Source: an uncultured Pseudomonadales bacterium
Lineage (GTDB): Bacteria > Patescibacteriota > Microgenomatia > UBA1400 > PJMF01
Direction of reading: 5' to 3'
Assembly: GCA_964393205.1 (NCBI GenBank)
Contig: CAYMSV010000002.1
Coordinates: forward strand, 160,843 to 224,842
Length of the DNA: 64,000 nucleotides
Program-made: the position numbers and the translations under genes
Notes under the pieces: generated by a model
Told to the model about the DNA's origin: nothing
Databases searched by the model: none
The model's input: the letters and a program-made list of their open reading frames with translations, nothing else
Shown here: positions 48,331 through 56,478 of the stretch, piece after piece
Numbering within the stretch: position 1 is the stretch's first letter
Layout: every line of letters begins with the position of its first letter

Positions 48331-50526
48331 TTATTTTGGAGCTTGGTAGTCGTCAATTGAATAAGCAAAATGTTGTTTATTGTTTGATTCTTCAGCCCGT
48401 GTATTTTCTGCTTGGTCGGAATTTTTGTTTTGATTTTCAATGTTTGTGTTTTGAGGTTTTTGTTGTTTATAATTTTCACCATCAAATATATTTTTAATCT
48501 GAGGCAATACCGGGTTTTGTTTTAACTTATTTTCTGCTTTTTGTTTTGCATTTTCTAAAACATCTTTTGTAAAATCAAGTTTTTCTCCTTGCCAAGGAAT
48601 TTTGTTTGGTTTATCAAAAGAGCCAACTTTTTCTTTTTGAGCTTCTGTTGACGAGCTTTGTTCAAGTCTTTGACGACGCAATTCTCTTTCAGCATTAGCT
48701 TGTTTTTTTTGACTTAAAATTTCTTCTGGATCAGTGGTAATTACTTGATGTTCTTTGTCAGAAGCAATTACTCGCAGCGCCACATGATTTTGTCCAGCAA
48801 AAAAGATTCCTTCACCAACATCTGATGTGACTAAAAGTTGTCTTTCACCTTCAGATAGATAAAAAGTTTGGGCTAAAAGGGGGACTGAAGATGTGGATTG
48901 TTTCATCAAAAATTGAATGGAAGAGTTCGAAACAATGGCTCGTCCATAGTCGTTACGTAAAAAGTCTTCAACGTCTTGGGTGATAGTAGTAATTCCCAAA
49001 TAATATTTACGTGCTCTTTTAACCATTGAATAAACAAAAGCTGAGCTATCTTGATGCATCATAAAATACCAGGCTTCATCAATAACCAAAATACGCCTTT
49101 TAAGATCTTTTTTAATTTTTGTCCAGATAAAATCAAGAATTACATACATTGCAATTGGTCTTAATTCTTCTTCCATTTCTTTAACACTGAATACGGTAAA
49201 AGGTGACTTAATATCTATGTTAGAAGCTTTGTCAAAAATACCACGAAAAGAACCGGTAATAAATTTTTCTAAGCGAGCAGCTAAATCAGCGCTTTCATCT
49301 TGTTCCATGCCAATTAAGGCTTTATAAAGATCTTCCATTAACGGAGGAGTGTTGGTTTGAGTATTTGGGTCTGGGGTTATGCCTTTAGCCTTATAACTAG
49401 CGACAATAGCACGATCTAATATAGCCTCTTGTTGAGGAGTCATTTCACCCAACATTACTTTTAACAAACCATGAAGTGAAAGAATTTTTTGTCCCAGTTC
49501 GTTTTCGCCCTCTTCATACAAATTAGATAGGTCAAAGGGGTTAATTTTAGCTTTCGAGCCGAAAGTAAAATTAATATATTCTCCATCAACCATTTTGCAG
49601 AGTTCTTCATATTCGTGTTCTGGATCTAAAACAATGATTTCTGTGTCAAACATTAGTTGTCGCAAAATTTCTAGCTTGACTGTATAAGATTTACCAGCTC
49701 CAGATTTAGCAAAAATAACCATGTTAGCGTTTTCCATCTTAAAGCGATCAAATATTACCAGAGAATCGTTATGTTCATTAATTCCATAAACAATGCCTGT
49801 TTCCATAGTTAATTCTGAGGAAGTAAAAGGAAAAGTTGTAGCTAAAGAGGTGGTATCCATGTTTCTGGTAACGAGTAGCCGGTCTACACCCATAGGAATG
49901 GTCGTTTTAAAGCCTTCGTCCATTTGTAGAGCTGATTTCTTAGAGACGATTAATAAAGACCCTAGGGCAGACTGAATGGCCTTGGTGGTTTTTTCCAATT
50001 GTTCTCTGCTTTCGCTCTTAATAGTGACATATAAACTAAACTGAAAAAATCTTTCTGATCCAGCAGCAAGTTGCTCACGCATCACTCGAGCGTCATTTAG
50101 TTTAATTTCGGTATTAATATTACTAATTTTACCCGCTCTAACATCAGAGGTAATTTCCGCCTCCATTTCAGTAATTTTTCTTTTTAAATTATCTAAAATT
50201 TCACTAGTATCAGAGGGAAAAATAAACATCGAGATATTGGCTTGGGTGGGAAAGTTAATTAGTGGGGATAGCCAGTTAGCGGGAACACTTCTAGGATAGC
50301 CAGCTACGAAGAGAGTTCTTGTGTAGGTGGAATTAATTTTTTGATAGGTAAAATCAACTTCAATTGCCTCTGGAGCAATAATATCTTGAATGGTAACAAG
50401 ACCTCGGGAAAAATCTCTCAATTTTTCTTGGGTATATTGTTCTGCATCGATCTGTTTTTGCTCCACAGGATCAGCGTTGGTTTTTTTCTTATTAATAAAT
50501 GGTAGGTTAAAATCTAAAATTGACAT
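48331..50526 (-). CDS. type IV secretion system ATPase VirB4/TrbE/TraE family (monoderm-type)
   Basis: Walker A 'VIFAKSGAGKSYTVK'. Walker B 'RILVIDEAWYFM'. The N-terminal region 'YTRTLFVAGYPRSVPANWLSPLIN' is typical of Gram-positive-type VirB4. 731 aa. Confidence 0.85.
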   Translation of the reverse strand: MSILDFNLPFINKKKTNADPVEQKQIDAEQYTQEKLRDFSRGLVTIQDIIAPEAIEVDFTYQKINSTYTRTLFVAGYPRSVPANWLSPLINFPTQANISMFIFPSDTSEILDNLKRKITEMEAEITSDVRAGKISNINTEIKLNDARVMREQLAAGSERFFQFSLYVTIKSESREQLEKTTKAIQSALGSLLIVSKKSALQMDEGFKTTIPMGVDRLLVTRNMDTTSLATTFPFTSSELTMETGIVYGINEHNDSLVIFDRFKMENANMVIFAKSGAGKSYTVKLEILRQLMFDTEIIVLDPEHEYEELCKMVDGEYINFTFGSKAKINPFDLSNLYEEGENELGQKILSLHGLLKVMLGEMTPQQEAILDRAIVASYKAKGITPDPNTQTNTPPLMEDLYKALIGMEQDESADLAARLEKFITGSFRGIFDKASNIDIKSPFTVFSVKEMEEELRPIAMYVILDFIWTKIKKDLKRRILVIDEAWYFMMHQDSSAFVYSMVKRARKYYLGITTITQDVEDFLRNDYGRAIVSNSSIQFLMKQSTSSVPLLAQTFYLSEGERQLLVTSDVGEGIFFAGQNHVALRVIASDKEHQVITTDPEEILSQKKQANAERELRRQRLEQSSSTEAQKEKVGSFDKPNKIPWQGEKLDFTKDVLENAKQKAENKLKQNPVLPQIKNIFDGENYKQQKPQNTNIENQNKNSDQAENTRAEESNNKQHFAYSIDDYQAPK

Positions 50527-51650
50527 TAAAGTTCCACTGGACCCGGTTCATTTTTATTTAATATTTGATTGGTTGAGTTTGGTGGCATTGTTTTTTGATT
50601 TAAAGTGTTGTCTTGGGTATTTAAATCTGTTTTTTTGGTTTCATCATTTGCTTGTAAACTCTGTTCTTGCTCGGGATTCGTTGTTTGTAAATGAACAATT
50701 TCTTCGCTAAAGTTTGGTGAAGGGTTTATTTGTAATTTTAAATCCGCTATTTTGTTTAAATCTTGAGAAACAAATTGAGTTTTTTTATTTGGCTCTTGAT
50801 TACTTGTTTGATTTTTTTTTGAGATCTCTTCATCAACAGTTATTGATTGAGGTGTTTTAGTTAAAGTGGGAGTTTCGCTTGGTTCAATATTTAGCTCTGG
50901 TGCGGGTGTTGGTGCTGGTGCTGGTGCCTGATTAACGACTTGATCCATTTCGTTAAAATTTTGATTACTTGTCAAACTAGCTCTAACCATAGGAGTCGTA
51001 TAACTCTCGCTATTGGTAACTTCTTGACCTTCTGTCGACTCTGGATTGTAATTGATGTAAAAATTTTGAATAATTTCTTGAGTGTCTAGTTGTCTAGCAA
51101 ACAAGCCAATTCTATTAAATTGAGCAATTAAATGATCTCTACGAGGATCTAATATTGTAGAGGCTTTTTCAATTAGAATGGTTTTTTCAAAATTATTAAT
51201 ATTAAATTTAGTTTTACCAGGTAAAACACTTTCCGCAGTATAAAGACCCATTTCTCCAGCATTGGTAGGAATAACTACAAAAAATTTTTTTTCTAAAACA
51301 TTTCTCTCACGAATTAGATTGGCCACGAATTCTCGGTATTCTTCAATTAATTTAGCTTTTTCTCTAGATTTGGCTTGTTTTGCTTGGTTTTCAAGTAGTC
51401 TTAGATATCTTGTTGCATCTTTAATATTAGACTGAATGTTAATTTGAATGGGAAAGTTAAGAGAATTAAGCAGGGCACCATAGGTATACATAATGGCGTC
51501 TTGTTCTTGCTCTGCTAACAGACTAAAGTTCATGGTGCCTATTTGCATAATGATGGATATTACACCATCTTTAAGAATTACCATGTCGTTGGTAATATCA
51601 TAAACATCAAGAAACTCTTGTGTGGTAGAACTAATAGTGTTGTCGCTCAT
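50526..51650 (-). CDS. T4SS-associated protein; N-terminal ~150 aa resemble the non-ATPase N-domain of VirB4/TrbE; Q/P/T-rich tail
   Basis: 'FLDVYDITNDMVILKDGVISIIMQIGTMNFSLLAEQEQDAIMYTYGALLNSLNFPIQINIQSN'. TAATG overlap with VirB4 suggests translational coupling. Confidence 0.4.
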   Translation of the reverse strand: MSDNTISSTTQEFLDVYDITNDMVILKDGVISIIMQIGTMNFSLLAEQEQDAIMYTYGALLNSLNFPIQINIQSNIKDATRYLRLLENQAKQAKSREKAKLIEEYREFVANLIRERNVLEKKFFVVIPTNAGEMGLYTAESVLPGKTKFNINNFEKTILIEKASTILDPRRDHLIAQFNRIGLFARQLDTQEIIQNFYINYNPESTEGQEVTNSESYTTPMVRASLTSNQNFNEMDQVVNQAPAPAPTPAPELNIEPSETPTLTKTPQSITVDEEISKKNQTSNQEPNKKTQFVSQDLNKIADLKLQINPSPNFSEEIVHLQTTNPEQEQSLQANDETKKTDLNTQDNTLNQKTMPPNSTNQILNKNEPGPVEL

Positions 51651-51704
51651 GAGTCTTGTTTAAGTTTACTAGATTTTGACCCTTAGTAAAAGAGTCTTAA
51701 TTTT

Positions 51705-52658
51705 CTAATCAGCAATAATTTCTATTGTTGGTACTAATTTTCCAGTCAATCTAATGCTTAGTGGGGTAAATATTAAATCCTCTGCTTCGGTTTTAATTAA
51801 ATATTCTCCGTTAGGGAGTGCTGTTTTAATATAAAATTGACCAGCAGTATTAGTTTTAATGATGCGTAAAGCTTGGTTCTGATCGGCAGCAAATACTTCG
51901 ATCAAAGCGTTTTTAACTCCTTGACCACTTGTATTCTTTACCAAGCCAACTAATTGATTAGCTTGTTGTGCTTCTAATTTATTATTACCTTCGTTTTTAT
52001 TTTCTGAAGTGACTGGTTCTTTGTTCGCTTCCACTGTGTTTTGTAAGTTGTCTTGTGCATTTTTTTCCCGAACTTCTTCTAAATTTTTTAGTTTACGAAT
52101 TCTTGTTTTTAATTGTGGTTTGTTTCTTTCTTGTTCTGGTTTAACGGAAATATTTTCAGCTCTAACTTTAACCTGATCATAGTTGGCAATAAGATCTTGA
52201 GTTTTTTGTTTGTAATGATAGTCCCAGTCATCAAGTTCTTCATCATTTTCTGGAATACTCTTTAAATATTCTTGAATGCGTTTTTTTCTAGCAGGTGAAT
52301 AATTAACCTCTGGATTAACTTCAAGATTTTGATTTAATCCTGGTTTATAGTTAAAGAAATCAGGAACCTTTGGAGTTCTTTTCCAAAAAAATTTAGTAGG
52401 TTTCCAAAGATTTTTAAAAAAAGTGACGATCCAAAAATCAAGAGGTCTCTCTTCTATGGGGACGAAGGCAATCATAATTGACAATAAAACTATAAAAATA
52501 AATAAAGGCCATCTAACTACGCCAATTAGATTACTTTTATAAACAATAAAAGCAATGAGTGCTCCAACTGCTAGTTCGGCAAATTGTTTAAGGGTCATGC
52601 TACCGATTAGATGGAATTTATAACCAGTGATGTCTTGAGGAATTGGGTGTTGTTTCAT
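51705..52658 (-). CDS. VirB3-like two-TM protein fused to a C-terminal prealbumin-like (CarboxypepD_reg-like) beta-sandwich domain
   Basis: Two N-terminal TM helices ('LAVGALIAFIVY', 'WPLFIFIVLLSIMIAFV') precede VirB4, as in Gram-positive T4SS. The C-terminal segment 'GVKNALIEVFAADQNQ...TNTAGQFYIKTALPNGEYLIKTEAEDLIF' is prealbumin-like. Confidence 0.4.
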   Translation of the reverse strand: MKQHPIPQDITGYKFHLIGSMTLKQFAELAVGALIAFIVYKSNLIGVVRWPLFIFIVLLSIMIAFVPIEERPLDFWIVTFFKNLWKPTKFFWKRTPKVPDFFNYKPGLNQNLEVNPEVNYSPARKKRIQEYLKSIPENDEELDDWDYHYKQKTQDLIANYDQVKVRAENISVKPEQERNKPQLKTRIRKLKNLEEVREKNAQDNLQNTVEANKEPVTSENKNEGNNKLEAQQANQLVGLVKNTSGQGVKNALIEVFAADQNQALRIIKTNTAGQFYIKTALPNGEYLIKTEAEDLIFTPLSIRLTGKLVPTIEIIAD

Positions 52659-53062
52659 AAGGACAGTTTGTTTGACTGATATTCAAAGCGCTCGCTTTTA
52701 ATATCACCAAAACCTTTTTCATTTAACCATATTTCTAGTGCTTTTTCTGTAGCGCTTAAACCGAGGTCTGATTTAATTATAAAGCCACCAGTTTTATATG
52801 AATACTGAATGTTGAAGTCGGGTGTGGTAACAGGAGTAATGTTTTTTAGTTCAGTTATTAGGCGTAATTGTTCTTCTTCATTTTCACTCAACATTGCTTC
52901 ATCAACGGGAAAAGCGTCTCTAAGAATTATTTCTTCTGGTTCTTTTGTTGGTGGGGGAGTTGGCACGATTACTTCCTCTGCTCTTTGTTTTGCAAACAAA
53001 ATAATTAATAAGATTATTATAAATAAAGTAATAATAAAAATGATTCTGATCTTTTTTTTCAT
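52655..53062 (-). CDS. small N-terminally anchored extracytoplasmic protein (T4SS operon)
   Basis: 135 aa. TM helix 'IIFIITLFIIILLIILF' plus a PTPPPT linker. ATGA overlap with the downstream gene. Confidence 0.35.
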   Translation of the reverse strand: MKKKIRIIFIITLFIIILLIILFAKQRAEEVIVPTPPPTKEPEEIILRDAFPVDEAMLSENEEEQLRLITELKNITPVTTPDFNIQYSYKTGGFIIKSDLGLSATEKALEIWLNEKGFGDIKSERFEYQSNKLSL

Positions 53063-53064
53063 AA

Positions 53065-56000
53065 TTAATTTTTTATTAAATATAGATGTCTAATATAGCT
53101 GTTGTCGGTACCCGAAGTTAAGCCTTCTCCAGAAGTAGACACAACTTTGTGGGTAACATTTTCTCCCCACCAAGGATCATAAGCTGTTAGATAGCCAGGC
53201 TCTTCAACACAGGTAATAACATAATAGTGGCCAAATCCACGAGTGTGGGTGAGAGCAAATAAAAGATTGCCTTCCGCCAAATAATTGGCCAATTCGTCAG
53301 TAATTTGACCAGGGCTGCCAGTGGGTGTAGGTACGGCGGTCGCGCTGACTCCATTATTACTTAGGGTGCTAATAAGGGGGGACAAGGCTGTACCGGCACA
53401 GCTAGTGGCACCACAGCCTCCTGGTACCAAATAACCTTCTCTAGTAGACATTGTTATTGGATCTTCATTGAGGATCATGGCAATGCTGACTGGTCCACAG
53501 GAAGAAGAACCAAAACTACAACCGCCATTACAAATCATAATATTGTTATAGGCTTTTTGGCTATAATAGGTGAGGTTGCCAACGACAACATCGTTACAAA
53601 AAACTGCACTGCCTCCACCACCAAGGCTTCCGCCGGTAGGAAATTGAGTTAAAAAAGCGCTGTTTAGAGTAGTCTGATAAATAAGCATGCTTCCGGCCGC
53701 TAAGCCAAAAGCGGTAAGTACTGCTTGACCAGCGGTAACCATAGCTCCAGAGCCAACTTCAGCTAAGCTAGCTCTAGCTCCAGTTAATTGAGTGCCTCTT
53801 GCTTGTATTTCGCTAGCAGAAACTCTATTTGCTAATTGACCAGCTTCTGAACTCAAGGGTTGAGTAATAGAGTTAGAAGCTTCAGCTTCTAGCGCACTAG
53901 ATAAAATATTGTTTTTTGCAAAAACACCTGTCCCTGTATTGCCAGAAAACAAATTTTTAAAAAAAGATGCAGCTTGTATTCCTAATTTTATGAGAATGCC
54001 TAAAAGTGTGCCTAAAAAAGCAAGTATTGCTAATATGCTTGCAGCTAAAATTTTTAAGAGAGGCTCCAATTTCTTTTTTATTTCACCCCAAGCTATTTTT
54101 TCAATCATTTGCTTGATTGGCTCGGGCAAAGTTTCAAAAGCTCCACCGGTAACATAATCTAACCCAGCTCGAACAGCTTTTTCTCCTAAAAAATCAATTC
54201 CTTTGTTGGCGAGATTTTTTATGCTTTCAAAACCCTCTTTAAGTTGAGATTCAACGGCACCTTCTTCATTAAATTGTCTGACAAAAGGGTATTGTCCATT
54301 CTCGTCTGGACCAAAAGCCTGATTATAATTAATAGCTCCTAAATCATAAGCAGAAAATTGGGGTAGGCTGCTTGATTGCAAATATATATTTTCAACTAAA
54401 AATTCTTCTCGTGGGAGATAGTAGTGTAGGGTGGCTGTTTGTGCCCTAGTCCCACTAATATTAATAACGTCAAGAAAAGTTTGTTGATAAACTAGTCTTA
54501 ATTGTCTGAGTTTTTGATTTTGTTCATCACTAAAAGCATTAAAATTAATCTGATTTTGAGGAAGACCAGCCAAGGTTTTAGTAACGACATCTGCATCGAT
54601 AACATTTAATTGAGATTGTTGTTTGAGTTGTTGAAAATATATGGTTTGTTTTTGTATCGATTTTTTGTCCTTGCTGACAAGCACATCTTCTGCTTCAATT
54701 TTTTCAATATCTTCTGGGCTGTAAATTTCATTAGCAATACCCTCATGAATAGATTGACTCCATTCCGCTCTTTGTGTGCGCCAATAACTAGCAAGCAAAT
54801 CTTTAATGGCTTGTTCGTTAGCTAAAAAAGTATTTTGACTGATAAATTCTTGGCCAAAATGAGCTTGAAAGCGTTGCCAATCAAAACGCTCAATATAATC
54901 GACGGGATAATTTTGTTGAATAAAGGTATCTATGATTGGCAGAATATTTTCTTGTGCAAAGAAAGATTTTTCCAGTCCTCTTTTGTCATCAGCGACAATT
55001 TTTTGCCATTCACTAAGAAAACTCTTTTTGGTAACCCTAGTAAAGCTTTTTCTTATATTTTTTAAAAAATCTTTTTTAAAATCTGCTTGAGAGTCTAATT
55101 TCTTAAAAAATAGCTCAGCCTCTTCACTAGATAAGTTCTGTAGTTGTTCTTGAAGTTCGGGTGGTAAATCTGTAGCATTGATATTTAGTTTTTGGGCTAA
55201 TTGTTCTTGAGTTAAAGCTTGATCTTGATTTTTTTCTAATTGGGCTTGAATTTCTGTTTTATCTTTGTCACTGCTAGTTAAGCTACCGAGTTCTGTGGCA
55301 AAAAGTTGCCCACCCCTGATATCAGTCATTACTTTCAGCGCTACATCTTTGGAAAAGCTGATTCTTTGGGATGGATTATTAATTAAATCTTCTAAATCAT
55401 AGCGGCCACTAGTAAAAAGATTTTCAATTTTACTAAAGCTAATTCCCAATAATTGTTGTCTAGTTTCTAGCGATAGTTGATTAAAATTAGGAATTTGCTC
55501 AAAACCCATTTCTGTCAGTTGTTCTTTCGAGAGATTGGCAAATTGAATTTGTAAGGATTGATTAATGGAAATAATAGCTAAAGAGCGAATATAAAGTTTA
55601 GAGCGATCATCGAGGCGAGCTAAATTAAATTCACTAGAAAAATCTTCGGGAAGGTTTTGTTTGATTTTTTCAGTTTTTTGTTCTTTGTCGGTGTCGTCTC
55701 CGTATTCTTCTGAAGTTTGTTGAGAACTGATGGGTTGTTTTTTATCTTGCGTAGAAGAAGTGGGAGTCTTTTTATCAATTTCCTCTTGAGAATCTTTGGT
55801 TTTTAAATTATCTTCTTGTTGTTGCTCAATGATCTTAATCATTGGTTGAGCTAAATCGGTATTAACTTTTTGCCATAGAGAGAAAGTTTGTTCCAATTTA
55901 CTTAATTCTTTGAGCAAGATTTGATCAGAACCAGGTTTGCTAGCTAGGCCGATGCGGTTAAAAAAATCTCTACCGAGTTTTGCCAAGGCTTGCTTGCCGT

Positions 56001-56412
56001 CCTGATCAATAAATTTAGCTAGTTGAAGGTTGCTTTGTTCTAAAAAAGCAATAAGGTCGCTCAAAAAAAGACTGTTTTGTAAAATTTGATCTTTTTGTCT
56101 ATTTAATTCATCAATAATCTTTTTTTTCTGTTCAGAGTTTATTGCTTTATCTTGAGTGACATCGGCTATTAGTTTTAATTGGGTTTCAATTTTGCTTGCT
56201 TTTTGTAACCTAAAAGTTTTTCCACTAAAACCCCTGACTAAAAATGGCAAATTAAAGCTTTTGCCAAACTTTTGAGGAAGATCTTGATTAAAGAAGTTTC
56301 CACAAAAAGAGATGATGATTTTTAATTCATCAAAGTTAAGATTGTTTTGACTAGCTAGCTGTTTGAGTTCAATACGCAAACTACCATGGTCTTGATCAGC
56401 CATAACACTCAT
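53065..56412 (-). CDS. large bitopic protein: ~860-aa cytoplasmic Q/E-rich domain, TM, extracytoplasmic C39-like papain-fold cysteine peptidase domain (candidate cell-wall hydrolase of the T4SS)
   Basis: TM helix 'ILAASILAILAFLGTLLGILIKL'. Cys motif 'CGPVSIAMILNE' and His motif 'GFGHYYVITCVEE', as in C39/C39-like peptidases. Confidence 0.5.
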   Translation of the reverse strand: MSVMADQDHGSLRIELKQLASQNNLNFDELKIIISFCGNFFNQDLPQKFGKSFNLPFLVRGFSGKTFRLQKASKIETQLKLIADVTQDKAINSEQKKKIIDELNRQKDQILQNSLFLSDLIAFLEQSNLQLAKFIDQDGKQALAKLGRDFFNRIGLASKPGSDQILLKELSKLEQTFSLWQKVNTDLAQPMIKIIEQQQEDNLKTKDSQEEIDKKTPTSSTQDKKQPISSQQTSEEYGDDTDKEQKTEKIKQNLPEDFSSEFNLARLDDRSKLYIRSLAIISINQSLQIQFANLSKEQLTEMGFEQIPNFNQLSLETRQQLLGISFSKIENLFTSGRYDLEDLINNPSQRISFSKDVALKVMTDIRGGQLFATELGSLTSSDKDKTEIQAQLEKNQDQALTQEQLAQKLNINATDLPPELQEQLQNLSSEEAELFFKKLDSQADFKKDFLKNIRKSFTRVTKKSFLSEWQKIVADDKRGLEKSFFAQENILPIIDTFIQQNYPVDYIERFDWQRFQAHFGQEFISQNTFLANEQAIKDLLASYWRTQRAEWSQSIHEGIANEIYSPEDIEKIEAEDVLVSKDKKSIQKQTIYFQQLKQQSQLNVIDADVVTKTLAGLPQNQINFNAFSDEQNQKLRQLRLVYQQTFLDVINISGTRAQTATLHYYLPREEFLVENIYLQSSSLPQFSAYDLGAINYNQAFGPDENGQYPFVRQFNEEGAVESQLKEGFESIKNLANKGIDFLGEKAVRAGLDYVTGGAFETLPEPIKQMIEKIAWGEIKKKLEPLLKILAASILAILAFLGTLLGILIKLGIQAASFFKNLFSGNTGTGVFAKNNILSSALEAEASNSITQPLSSEAGQLANRVSASEIQARGTQLTGARASLAEVGSGAMVTAGQAVLTAFGLAAGSMLIYQTTLNSAFLTQFPTGGSLGGGGSAVFCNDVVVGNLTYYSQKAYNNIMICNGGCSFGSSSCGPVSIAMILNEDPITMSTREGYLVPGGCGATSCAGTALSPLISTLSNNGVSATAVPTPTGSPGQITDELANYLAEGNLLFALTHTRGFGHYYVITCVEEPGYLTAYDPWWGENVTHKVVSTSGEGLTSGTDNSYIRHLYLIKN

Positions 56413-56478
56413 TATAGACAGAAATTTAGTCAGTGACTAGGCAAAAAAAAATAAAAATAGTATAATTTAACCATCAAC

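Noticed and set aside
48291-48497. Short ORFs 48291..48485(-) and 48300..48497(+) upstream of dnaA
   Set aside because: They overlap the 3' end of the VirB4-like gene and the dnaA promoter/DnaA-box region. The 48291..48485(-) translation is low-complexity and the 48300..48497(+) one has no recognisable features. They are likely spurious.
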